Below, one piece after another: positions 12,066 through 23,047 of a stretch of 64,000 nucleotides of DNA. The position numbers and the translations under genes were made by a program. Origin of the DNA: Mobula hypostoma. Its lineage: Eukaryota. The first letter of the stretch is position 1. Each line of letters begins with the position of its first letter. Below the pieces are notes generated by a model. The model had not been told where the DNA came from. It made no database searches and worked only from the letters and a program-made list of their open reading frames with translations. The stretch spans positions 51,088,001-51,152,000 of the forward strand of contig NC_086099.1 of the NCBI RefSeq assembly GCF_963921235.1. Reading direction: 5' to 3'.

Positions 12066-12631
12066 CAGCAGTCCCCAACCACTGGGCCGCAAAGCATGTG
12101 CTACCGGGCCACGAGGAAACAATATGATTTGGCGATATGAGTCAGCTGCACCTTTCCTCATTTCCTGTCACGCCCACTGTTGAGCTCGAATGCACGCGAG
12201 GTCATGACCCGTGCGTCATCCATGTCAGCGCAGGAAGGAGATCAACTCCTCGAGCTTGCAAATGATGGCGGGCTGAAAAGTATGTTTGACATAACATCTC
12301 TGCCGGCCTTCTGAATCAAAGTCAAGGCTAAATATCCTGAGAAAGCCATGAAAGCACTGAAAACGTTGCTTCCATTTCCAACATATCTTTGCAATGAATG
12401 CAACGAAAACTGAAATGCGAAATAGATTGAACACAAGGAACCCCCTTCGAGTATCGCTGTCTCCCATCACCCCTCGATAGGACCATTTTGCTGCAGGAAA
12501 ACAAGCCCAGGGCTCCCACTGATTCAGCGATATTGGAGTGTTGCAATGATTTTATATGTTCATACAGGGAAAAGATGTGCTGTGTGTTTAATATCCAAAC
12601 GTTACTTAAAATGTTATGATGCTATTGACTT
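12066..12631 (+). mobile_element. hAT (Charlie3/MER1/OC1-like) non-autonomous element: left end and transposase C-terminus; right end lost
   Basis: Starts CAGCAGTCCCCAACC (Charlie-type TIR). Remnant DQLLELANDGGLKSMFDITSLPAF*IKVKAKYPEKAMKALKTLLPFPT...RNRLNTRNPLRVSLSPITPR*DHFAAGKQAQGSH* is a hAT dimerisation domain. Confidence 0.85.
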
Positions 12632-12837
12632 ATATAACCATATAACAATTACAGCACAGAAACAGGCCATCTCTGCCCTTCTAGTCCGTGCCGAACGCTA
12701 CTCTCACCTAGTCCCACCGACCTGCACTCAGTCCATAACCCTCCATTCCTTTCCTGTCCATATACCTATCCAATTTTTCTTTAAATGATAATATCGAACC
12801 TGCCTCTACCACTTCTACTGGAAGTTCATTCAACACT
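12632..12837 (-). mobile_element. CR1-type LINE 3' end
   Basis: Minus-strand peptide VLNELPVEVVEAGSILSFKEKLDRYMDRKGMEGYG followed by a CR1-like tail ending gttatatggttata. Confidence 0.85.
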
Positions 12838-12841
12838 TTGC

Positions 12842-13086
12842 TGTTTGCTGTTGTGTGCTGGGGCAGCAGGCTGAGGGTAGCAGACACCAACAGAATCAAC
12901 AAACTCATTTGTAAGGCCAGTGATGTTGTGGGGTTGGAACTGGACTCTCTGACAGTGGTGTCTGAAAAGAGGATGCTGTCCAAGTTGCATGCCATGTTGG
13001 ACAATGTCTCCCATCCACTACATAATGTACTGGTTGGGCACAGGAGTACGTTCAGCCAGAGACTCATTCCACCGAGATGCAACACT
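12842..13086 (+). mobile_element. Rex1/L2-like LINE fragment (third copy, truncated at both ends)
   Basis: FAVVCWGSRLRVADTNRINKLICKASDVVG...QRLIPPRC, near-identical to 18738-18980. Confidence 0.9.
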
Positions 13087-13435
13087 GTTCCAACAAACAT
13101 GAAGCTTCTTTCCTCAGACGCAGGCAAGGCTTTGGAAATCTCCCACCTGGAATGCCACCAATTCCCATTCAAAGCTGATATTTATAAAGACGACATTGCT
13201 TTAACCATATGAGTTCATTATTAGAAGATGACAAAAAAACTCATTCAATTATTCTTGTTAAGTAAGTACCTCAGCATGCACAAAGCCAGTAAATTACTTG
13301 CTGCTGAAGTATATGCTTCATTGAAAGAACAAACAGATCATCTAACGCCACACATGACATTATAGGATTATAGATAATTACGAAACATTCACAGAGTGTA
13401 GTACCTGAAGGACATTAAGCATCACTTCCCACCAC

Positions 13436-14398
13436 ATCCTTTGTCATCAGAGCCACTTATGACCTCCTACCCACACCCCAGAACCTGAACCAGTGGTGGG
13501 GAGAAGACCCCACTTGCTCTCTTTGTCAAGCACCTGGATCAGTAAGGCACATTTTAACAGGATGCACCACGAGTCTCAGCCAGGGGCAGTACACTTGGCG
13601 GCATAACCAAGTTCTCAGACAGCTGGCATCAATCTTCGAACACAGGCAAATCACTACAATGGCTTTCCCACAAACATCGGCAGGAAATGTCCACATCACA
13701 CTATTTGCACCAATAGGTCAACCTCCAGAGCACCATATGACATCAAAAGATGTAAGCATTCTGCAAGTTGTTCGGGATTGGAAAATGGACGTGGACTTGG
13801 AAAAAAAAGCTTGTGTTTCCCCCAGACATTGCAGCTACAACACTCCGTCCAGACATGTTCCTGTGGTCCACAACAGGCTGTTGTGGAATGACAGTACCAT
13901 GGGAAGATGGTGTCGAAGAAGCTTATGAGAGGAAAAAGACCAAGTACTCTGAACTGGGAACTGAAGCTGCCCAGAATGGCTGGAAGACCAAGATTTTCCC
14001 TGTAGAAGTGGGGTGTAGGGGATTCGTTGCTACATCTACGACCAGCCTACTGAAGAAGATGGGGGTGGGGGGTCACTCCCTCCAACAAGCAATCAAGTCC
14101 TTGTCGAATGCAGCAGAAGAAAGGAGCAATTGGATTTGGATTAAAAGGAAAGACAACAACTGGGCTGCAAGATGAAGACAGGAGGGTATAGAACTGAGGG
14201 GGGTGTATCTGGGATGCCAGGTAGCACTGTTGAGTCCTCTAGAGACGTCGTGGGCTTATCAACAAAACGTCAAAGAAGGTGGGTGCCCAGCTGATGGCGT
14301 ACCTACCCTCCTTGTCACCACTCCAAGCCCACTGCCAACATCGAGAGTGCCGATTTACCATAGGGATTGAAACATCAAGCCCTAGTAGCTCTACTACT
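13436..14398 (+). mobile_element. HERO-clade non-LTR retrotransposon 3' part (CCHC finger and restriction-like endonuclease)
   Basis: FVIRATYDLLPTPQNLNQWWGEDPTCSLCQAPGSVRHILTGC...YTWRHNQVL, then after a frameshift TLRPDMFLW...TVPWEDGVEEAYERKKTKY...PVEVGCRGF. These are the CxxC-H-C, RHN, RPD and KxxKY motifs of R2-group REL endonucleases. Confidence 0.85.
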
Positions 14399-15181
14399 AA
14401 GAAATGAAGTAAATTATCAAGGTTGATTGAGAATATTAGTGTTTTCTCAACATTAACAAGTGAACCCTTGTAACTGTCGAATAGAAAATGAAATTCAGTT
14501 AAATAGCAATTTTAAGACGTGCACGAAAATTATGTAAAATTTCAATTACACCTTGAATACTATTAATGACATAACCATTAATGAGGTTTTTCAGCCAATC
14601 TCACATCACATGTCATTCATAACGCATAATAATTACAATTGTCAGAAAGACTCTTTACACTAAGGCAATCATCAAAGGAGTTGGAGACCAGAGAAAAGGC
14701 AAGATGAATAAAAATATTACACAGGTTAACTTCTGCTAAAATATTTTCCTCAGATCTCCATTTAAACTATATTTCTGACATTTGCCCCACATTGAAATTT
14801 GAGATGAAATTTCCTATGAGGGCTATTTATAAAACTTACTTTCAATACCTCTATCTGAAACAAATATCCTGCAAAAAAAATCAAGAGGATTTCACACCTT
14901 TATGCCAAGAAAGGGACCTACATGCATGCTCCTTTCAGAAACATGTAACTGATCCACCATCAGCACTGTCTAATTGATGCTAAACAGAGGCAAATACTGC
15001 TGACACAGAATTCTGGATCCCATATACCATATCCAATAAAAGTGTTCAACAACATAGAACATATCTACGTTAACCTTAGATTTAGCCACATCAACATCCA
15101 AAACTAATTTGTTTTACTTTTAATAAGACCGATAATAAACATTATAATTTGAAAATCATTAATGAAATAAATTCAGCTCAC

Positions 15182-15243
15182 CTCAAGGATGTGTTCTGCT
15201 TGTTGTTCCCGGTCTAGTTTTCGTGATGTTGTTGTAATCAGTC
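15182..15243 (-). CDS. FAT1: Internal coding exon (62 bp, phase 1-0) of the same Fat cadherin, equivalent to FAT1 exon 4; absent from the ORF track
   Basis: Acceptor tttgcag|GA (AG at 15245-15244) and donor CTTGAG|gtgag (GT at 15181-15180). It continues the previous exon in frame: G+GA = Gly, then LITTTSRKLDREQQAEHILE with the cadherin LDRE motif, matching the recalled FAT1/FAT3 peptide GLITTTSRKLDREQQxEHxLE. Confidence 0.93.
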
Positions 15244-15500
15244 CTGCAAATCCAAACAGACCCATTACAGAATTTCCGCAAAGTTGTTCAGGAAATGTTA
15301 TTGTAAGAATAATAAATTATTTCAGATGAATTTAATTTTAATGTTAGAACTTCCTATTAAAAATGAATTCAACAATAGAGCTATATTGGGCAATAGAGCT
15401 ATTATTAAGACATAAACATCAATATTCAGCAGGAAAAAACTCTCAATGGCAAAATGCTTCAGTAGCCTTTTATACAGCATGATGGTGTCTGTCACCCTCA

Positions 15501-15980
15501 GTTGTGTGCTGGGGCAGCAGGCTGAGGGTAGCAGTCACCAACAGAATCAACAAACTCATTCGTAAGGCCAGTGATGTTGTGGGGATGGAAATGGACTCTC
15601 TCACGGTGGTGTCTGAAAAGAGGATGCTGTCTACGTTGCATACCATCTTGGTCAATGTCTCCCATCCACTACATAATGTACTGGGTGGGCACAGGAGTAC
15701 ATTCAGCCAGAGACTCATTCCACCGAGATGCAGCACAGAGCATCATAGGAAGTCATTCCTGCCTGTGGCCATCAAACTTTACAACTCCTCCCTTGGAGGG
15801 TCAGACACCCTGAGCCAATAGGCTGGTCCTGGACTTATTTCATAATTTACTGGCATAATTTACATATTACTATTTAACTATTTATGGTTCTATTACTATT
15901 TATTATTTACGGAGCAACTGTAACGAAAACCAATTTCCCCCGGGATCGATGAAGTATGACTATGACTACTACTACGATGA
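15501..15980 (+). mobile_element. Rex1/L2-like LINE 3' end with (TATGAC)/(TAC) tail
   Basis: Highly similar to 18747-19205. Terminal stem-loop caatttcccccgggatcgatgaag, then tatgactatgactactactac. Confidence 0.9.
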
Positions 15981-17712
15981 TGTACTCCATTTGTACAACC
16001 GTTCAGTTCACACAGCAGTTTGTTATAAACGCCTCTAGAACATTGTCTAGCTTCATGCCAGCGTGAAATAATAAGCAATGCACTCATTGCATTTTTGGAG
16101 GTCAAGGGCACCTCCCAGGAACATTATGCTGAGAGCGTTGTTGAAATTAATATTTTTAGCATTAATGAACCTACCTAATATTGAGATAGAACACAACACT
16201 GGTGAAGTTACTGCAACAGCACCAAGTGGCCCAGACTACTGATTTGGAGCCACAAGGATTTAAATTTAAGTAACGAAATGAAACCTTAAATTCCATAATG
16301 GCGCCCACAAAATTGCTGCATTGTACTTGAAACCCAATATCCTAAAACCAATCGTTCTCCAAGCAAGTTTGTCATCTGTACATTATCTGGCCAATATGTG
16401 CTTTAGAGCTATAGCAATGTGGTTAACTCAAGTGCCCTCTGACCTAGTGTAATGATCTCTTCAGTTCGAACCATTTAAAATGGACACTAAATACTGCCTT
16501 TGCTTCATCCATCATATTCTGTGAATATATACTGATTAACAAAATGCAATTAAAAAATAATACTTCCAAACTGAGATGGGCTACATTTATCCAGAAGTGT
16601 TTTGAAGAGCACGTTATCATTCTTATGACCAGTTTCTTTTGTGATATATTAAATGCTAATTTTAAGCAATCTACCTGCATGTTAGTCTTCACAATTCCAA
16701 CAGTTTGTATAGAACAGCAAACTGGTCATATGAACTAGCAAGTACTCTTTGTTCTTCAAGTATATATGGTCTGTACTGTACAGTAAGCTGTACAAACAAC
16801 TCTGAAATGGGAAGTGTGTAGAATGGTATAACTTTTGTGTTTTTGTTTGACCAGATCTAACTAACAAATTTGGAGCCCAGGTTCTCTTCACCAGCATCAT
16901 ACTTGGTGTGTCGTTATTTTACTATGAGATTATACATTCAGAAATCCATCAAGTCTATGGAGCAGCTGATTGCTGTATCGCTGCATAACATGGCTTACTA
17001 AGACTTTAATATCAATAGCAAACAAATATTAACTTCTAAAAGTTGTTTAAAGCTATAAATACAAGACCATTAAACTACATGTCTAGCTCCATTACTGTGA
17101 ATTCATGAACATTGTAATAATACTGCATGAAAGACACTGGCTCTTGTTAGCAACTATAAATCTATGGTTTCACATTCCACTGATGCAAATCAAATACTTG
17201 TAAATCGAAGTAGATTAGGAGCCTACTTTGGGGACCTTAAGCAATAAAAATTTGTTTACAGAAGAAAATTCTTGGTACAACTCCAAAACAAAGTTTTAAA
17301 GTATACAGAAACATGCACCTTTTAACGATGTTTCCAAAGTTATGACTGCTCTGAAGACTACTGAAAATAATAGCAATTTCTGAAAATTAATTGAATGTTG
17401 GTTGAAATAAGCACATATGAAAAATAATTCTTCCCCACTTGTTAGGCTTCAAGGATAAAATTAATATTTGTTTCTCCTCGATTTCATCATAATGATATGC
17501 AGCAAATTTGTATTTATTTAGGCTAAAAGATTAGAACGGTTTTATATATTTATTGCTCCAAAATCAGCTGGGGTATTTCACATATTTCAGAAAATAAATG
17601 ATTTTTAAGTTTCCCCAATAAGCAATATTTAATTAAATAAACCAGCTAATAAAGCATAAGTGGTGAAACACAAGTATTATGCAAAGGTCTATCATTATTA
17701 TGCAAAGATCTG

Positions 17713-19232
17713 CAGCTGAACAGGTGAGAAAACAGTTGAAACGTCTCCACCCAAGCAAGGCTACAGGCCCAGATGGTGTCAGCACCAGGGTGCTCAAAGC
17801 CTGTGCCCCCCAGCTATGTGGAGTACTTCACCATGTCTTCAACCTGAGCCTGGTCTCTAGAGGGTTCCTGTGCTGTGGAAGATGTCCTGCCTCGTCCCTG
17901 TGCCGAAGACGCCGCGCCAGAGTGGCTTCAACGACTACAGACTGGTGGCATTGACCTCGAACAGCATGAAGACCCTGGAGAGACTTGTTCTGGAGCTGCT
18001 CCAGCCTATGGTTAGGCCACACTTAGACCCCCTCCAGTTCGCCTACCAGCCCCGACTAGGAGTTGAGGATGCCGTCATCTACCTGCTGAACCTGGACAAG
18101 CCAGCGAGCACTGTGAGGGTCATGTTTTTTGACTTCTCCAGTGCGTTCAACACCATCCGCCCTGCTCTGCTGGGGGAGAAGCTGACAGCGATGCAGGTGG
18201 ATGCTTTCCTGGTGTCATGGATTCTTGATTACCTGACTGGAAGTGTGGTCAGCAGCACTGGGGCTCCACAGGGGACTGTCTTGTCTCCCTTTCTCTTCAC
18301 CATCTACACCTTGGACTTCAACTACTGCACAGAGTCTTGTCATCTTCAGAAGTTTTCTGATGACTCTGCCATAGTTGGATGCATCAGCAAGGGAGATGAG
18401 GCTGAGTACAGGGCTACAGTAGGAAACTTTGTCACATGGTGTGAGCAGAATTATCTGCAGCTTAATGTGAAAAAGACTAAGGAGCTGGTGGTGGACCTGA
18501 GGAGGGCTAAGGCACCGGTGACCCCTGTTTCCATCCAGGGGGCCAGTGTGGACATGGTGAAGGATTACAAATACCTGGGGATACGAATTGACAATAAACT
18601 GGACTGGTCAAGGAACACTGAGGCTGTCTACAAGAAGGGTCAGAGCCGTCTCTATTTCCTGAGGACACTGAGGTCCTTTATCATCTGTCAGACGATGCTG
18701 AGGATGTTCTACGAGTCTGTGGTGGCCAGTGCTACCATGTTTGCTGTTGTGTGCTGGGGCAGCAGGCTGAGGGTACCAGACTCCAACAGAATCAACAAAC
18801 TCATTCGTAAGGCCAGTGATGTTGTGGGGATGGAACTGGACTCTCTCACGGTGGTGTCTGAAAAGAGGATGCTGTCCAAGTTGCATGCCATCTTGGACAA
18901 TGTCTCCCATCCACGACATAATGTACTGGTTGGGCACAGGAGTACATTCAGCCAGAGACTCATTCCACCGAGATGCAGCACAGAGCATCATAGGAAGTCA
19001 TTCCTGCCTGTGGCCATCAAACTTTACAACTCCTCCTCTGGAGGGTCAGACACCCTGAGCCAATAGGCTGGTCCTGGACTTATTTCCATCTGGCATAATT
19101 TACATATTATTATTTAATTATTTATGGTTTTATATTGCTATATTTATACTCTATTCTTGGTTGGTGCAACTGTAACGAAACCCAATTTCCCTCGGGATCA
19201 TTAAGGTATGTCTGTCTATCTATCTATCTATT
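17713..19232 (+). mobile_element. Rex1/Babar-like LINE, 5'-truncated, with a 398-codon open RT frame (17870-19066)
   Basis: KATGPDGVSTRVLKACA, a frameshift near 17850, then YRLVALTS, DPLQFAY, FFDFSSAFNTI, GAPQGTVLSPFLF, QKFSDD, LNVKKTKE and YKYLG. Tail tgtctgtctatctatctatcta. Confidence 0.92.
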
Positions 19233-20556
19233 TATGGTGTCAAGTATACAATAGACTGCAGAAAAGGTCTCCACCTCCTGAAATGCACGAGTATCAGAGG
19301 ATTGGCAAGATCAGGGTACACAATGGTAGACTGCCATTCTCAAGTGTACCTATTCACAATTGGCCCTGTGAGTGACAATTCCAGAAATCAGTGAAAACTG
19401 TGGTAATCACAAAGGATGTATGCATACAGTGGAAAATTAAGTTTTACGCAGCAGATGCCGTTAACAGACTTTGGAAGGATTTAATCAAGATATGAAATTG
19501 GAAAGACAAAAAGGAAATTAATACAATATACTTTACATCTGTCAATATTAAGTTCAAACAAAACAAGAATAGCATGGTGACAAAGCTCTAAGTGAAATTA
19601 GACGAACTACTTTCATTGCCAAGTTGATACTGGGAAATAGTTGTAAAAAAAAAGTTGAGTTGACTGCCAGAAAACTGAAGCATTAACTTCACAAATGTAA
19701 TACTGAGGAATTATAAAACACTGGCAGACTAGTCTTAAAGGATTGCAGGTCAATTTCAGTCACTGCACTTCAAAAGGTATCAAAAATTATGTATAGGAAA
19801 GCAAAAAGAGTGAAGCAAAGGAATGAGCTCTAAGCAATATTGAGAGAAGATACTAATGATTGTGTGGGTGTCCAGAACTAGCCAAAAAGCCAGCCAATGT
19901 CTCTTAAACAGGCGGGGCAAGCTTGACAGAGGAAGCCAAGATTAGTATGGTGTTTCCCATTCGAATGTTCCTTGTCCCTTAATAAAATATTAATTATGTG
20001 GTGTAGATCTAATTTCTCCAATACCAGCTGGGACAACTGGGAGCACTTTCATTTCCATTATCCCTCCAAATTACAAATGGTGTCAATACAAATCTTAAGA
20101 TGCTAAATTAAGAAAAACTGAAAATTGTTAATGTAATTATACTGCTAACAGTCTGTCACTTTCTCCTTAATATTTTCCCATCTGATAATCAAAGGCATCT
20201 TGAAAGATAGCAGTGACTTCAGAACCCAAACCTCCCTTGTCTGGCTGTTATTGCTTCGGTTAGTCCATGTTAAATCAGCACTGCTAGGGAGAATATTACA
20301 AGTAACTGTCAGAAGTATTATTAGGTGATGTAAATAAGCCAAATTCAAAATATGACTTCCTGGTAAGCTATGCTACTTGTATCAGGAGGGGAAAGTTACA
20401 CTGTTTGTATTTGCTTCATACTTAATGTCCTAAATTATATTCATCTGGGTCAAAGGAATAATCCAATATGTAAAATATCAAAAATATCAGATAATACTTA
20501 AAATAGAAGTTGGATTTACATCTGGCAAGATAGGATTCCTATGCGAGAACTCTCCA

Positions 20557-20781
20557 AGCAACACACACAAGTTGCTGGAGGAACTCAGCAGGGCAGGCAG
20601 CATGTACGGAAAAAAGTAAACTGTCGACATTTCGGGCCAAAACCCTTCAGCAGGACTCTCGGCCCGAGAAGTCGACTGTACTCTTTTCCACAGATGTTGC
20701 CTGGCCTGCTGAGTTCATCCAGCATTTTGTGTGTGATGTTTGGATTTCCAACATCTGCAGATTTTCTTTTGCTTGTGATTG
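20557..20781. mobile_element. Fold-back Penelope-type pseudo-LTR element with 12-bp TSD
   Basis: Arms acacacaa..tgctggaggaactcagcagggcaggcagcat and atgttgcctggcctgctgagttcatccagcattttgtgtgt. Flanks gagaactctcca (20545-56) and gaaaactctcca (20782-93). Degenerate hammerhead core on the minus strand. Confidence 0.8.
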
Positions 20782-20869
20782 GAAAACTCTCCATAATTTG
20801 TTCATCTTATGGACCGTGGAACAGAGCCAAGACTGAGACCTTACGCTGGTTGGGATCAACCACGAATGC

Positions 20870-21360
20870 TTATCTATGTTTCAAGCCAGGGCAGTACAAT
20901 AGGGGACAGAAGCTATTGCCCATGTAGCAGGCTCCCTTCTCCATGCAGCTCATGAATGCAGAGGAATGGCAGAGACCAATACAGCTTGGCACAAGTGATG
21001 TTGCAGTCAGTGTTGAACTCACTGCAGGACTGCCTTAAGGATTCCAGCTCCATATTTTCCTTGAGACTTACTCCCAAAGCATCATCGTGACTGGGTTTAG
21101 TCACAAGGCAGCGAAGGTTTGAGATCGGGAGTATTCCTTCTCCTAGATGAGCTGTCAACCACAGCTGACGAGCGCCATTTGCCCAGAGTGACTGGCTTTA
21201 AGGTGACAGTAACCCACCTTTGCCCCTTCTCCTGTCAGTAGAAACAGTTCCGCTGGGCTTAGTAGCTAAGCCACACATGAAGACCCAGAACTGGACTTGG
21301 TTGTCAAAGGTTATTTGAGATGCAAGCCACTGGGATAATTTATTAGGTAGTGGGAACTTA
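20870..21360 (-). mobile_element. RTE-clade LINE 5' UTR region or RTE-derived non-autonomous element
   Basis: Minus strand contains GACAGCTCATCTAGGAGAAGGAATACTC, resembling the conserved RTE 5' UTR motif recalled as CTAGGAGAAGGAAAACTC. Confidence 0.6.
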
Positions 21361-21419
21361 TGATATATTTATCAGCTAATTGGAAGAATATCCATAACAT
21401 CAGGTGAAATAATGGTCAG

Positions 21420-21610
21420 CTAAGAGGTATAAGTCTCTGCTGTGGACAGTCCCAAGCCTATCTCCAGAAGGAGCAGGATTTAGCATGGAACTAGCAAACC
21501 CATCCCTTAAAAAGCCCAGAGCTACAAAAACTCAAAACCTCATCCCTGGGACAGGCAGGATCCACTGTTGGCGGCCTTTGCTCAGTAGGAGCGATGGGTT
21601 TAAGTAAGAG
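21420..21610 (+). mobile_element. Short RTE-related SINE-like element (same family as 48897-49138)
   Basis: Shared blocks ctagcaa.cccatccc.taaaaa.cca, acctcatccctggga and g.tggcct.tgc, with a TAAG-type tail. Confidence 0.55.
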
Positions 21611-21894
21611 GTAGAACCAGCAGTAGTTAATGGTTTTGTTAGTATACTGAACAAAGAGAAAAAAAGAACAAATACAAAAACAACTCTTTTAAATTCAGAT
21701 TAAAGGATTTGATCAAAAAAGATCAATAGTTAAAAGAGCATGTTTGTTCATAGGATGTCTGGAGCAGTTACGGCTTAAAAAGAATATAGACCTTTTCAGG
21801 AAAGGTGATCTATAGTTTACACGTATCCAAAACAAAGTGACATACACTCAATCCCAATTTCTCGCTGAAACAAATAGAAAGAAAAAATAAAAAA

Positions 21895-22050
21895 GAGAGA
21901 TGCTGAAAGTCTGAAATAATACAGATCACACTCAGCAAGTCAAGCAACATTAGTGGGAGAGATAAAGAGGCAATATTTCAGGTTCCTTAAGAGTTTTCCT
22001 GTCCAATAGTACTGCCTGACCTGCCGAATGCTGAACGCTTCCATTATTTC
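21895..22050. mobile_element. Old degenerate fold-back Penelope-type pLTR element
   Basis: gatgctgaaagtctgaaataat...actcagcaagtcaagcaacat paired with actgcctgacctgccgaatgct; same motifs as the younger copies. Confidence 0.55.
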
Positions 22051-22772
22051 CAGATTGGTCACCAGCTTATGGTTATGCAAAACTGGAAATTTTTTGCATC
22101 TATGTCAATGTAAGCAGCAACATTGTAAAAGTAGGCACTGAATCCAACAAACTGCTACGTCTACAGCTGTCTGCAATTAGTATTGTAGCTAATCAATCAG
22201 CCATTTATTTACATAAAGCTTCAATGCTATCACTGAGAGGTAGAAATAATGATGTTTTATTATGGCCATCTGTTAGACGAGGTTTACCCATCAACATAAC
22301 AACATACATAACCCAGAAGCTCTGTCTAAGTAAATTACTCAATAAAGCAGTAGCAGAAAAAAAGGTTAGATTAGCAAAGCAATACTGAAGCAAAAACCAA
22401 AATCAACCATCTGGAATTGCTCCATCTTAACAATATCGGCATTTTGTACTAGCAATGAAGAGACAATTCCTTAACAATGCAATCAAATTTACACAAATGC
22501 AAATGTACTACTTACTGGCAAATATATCATCCTAACACACCTTCGCTGAAACTCAAAGTATTCTCTCCAACTAAAACCGCTGTAGTCTCCCTGGTTAAAT
22601 TTGATCTTGGCTAATTAAAAATTTTCATTGCTGTCTGCCTTTAAAATGTTACTTATAGTTGCATCTTTTAAAAACATTATATCTCTTCACAAATTCCAAA
22701 ATATTGTGGCTGAAGAACCTATGCAAAGGTAGCTGTACTCTAATCTACCACATTCAACCAGGAATTTCAAGT

Positions 22773-23047
22773 AACACATATCAAAGTTGCTGGTGAACGC
22801 AGCAGGCTAGGGAGCATCTCTAGGAAGAGGTACAGTCGACGTTTCAGGCCGAGACCCTTCGTCAGGACTAACTGAAAGAAGAGATAGTAAGAGATTAGCT
22901 CTTCTTTCAGTTAGTCCTGATGAAGGGTCTCGGCCCTAAATGTCGACTGTACCTCTTCCTTGAGATGCTGCCTGGCCTGCTGCGTTCACCAGCAACATTG
23001 ATGTGTGTTGCTTGAATTTTCAGCATCTGCAGATTTCCTCGTGTTTG
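22773..23047. mobile_element. Fold-back Penelope-type pLTR element with 13-bp TSD and ~123-bp arms
   Basis: TSD aggaatttcaagt at 22760-72 and 23048-60. Arms 22766-22888 and 22894-23016 have 12 mismatches in 123 bp and a 5-nt loop. Ends cagcatctgcagatttcctcgtgtttg. Confidence 0.9.
22833..22870 (-). ncRNA. Minimal type I hammerhead ribozyme motif (Penelope-type), core intact
   Basis: Minus strand reads UAGUC-CUGACGA-A-GGG-UCUCGG-CCU-GAAA-C-GUC^GACUG. Stem I is UAGUC/GACUG, the conserved CUGAnGA and GAAA boxes are present, stem II is GGG/CCU, and stem III is a loopless palindromic ACGU. Predicted cleavage is between 22838 and 22837. Confidence 0.8.

Noticed and set aside
12708-13172. 154-aa minus-strand ORF as a chimeric gene
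   Set aside because: It is accidental read-through from antisense Rex1 sequence into a CR1 C-terminus.
1-15181. Next FAT exon (VTVTDNG...DENDN) or the large upstream exon
   Set aside because: No cadherin motifs were found below 15182 or above 47250, so the neighbouring exons lie outside the window.
17870-19066. RT as a retron, DGR or domesticated gene
   Set aside because: It is a typical 5'-truncated non-LTR element with a microsatellite tail, an upstream frameshift and near-identical sibling fragments nearby.
20870-21360. HDV-like ribozyme at the RTE 5' end
   Set aside because: Known for some RTE elements, but I could not build the nested double pseudoknot by eye; it needs a descriptor search.
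22912-22949. Plus-strand hammerhead as an active ribozyme
   Set aside because: The GAAA box is TAAA (catalytic G12 lost) and the stem III palindrome is broken.
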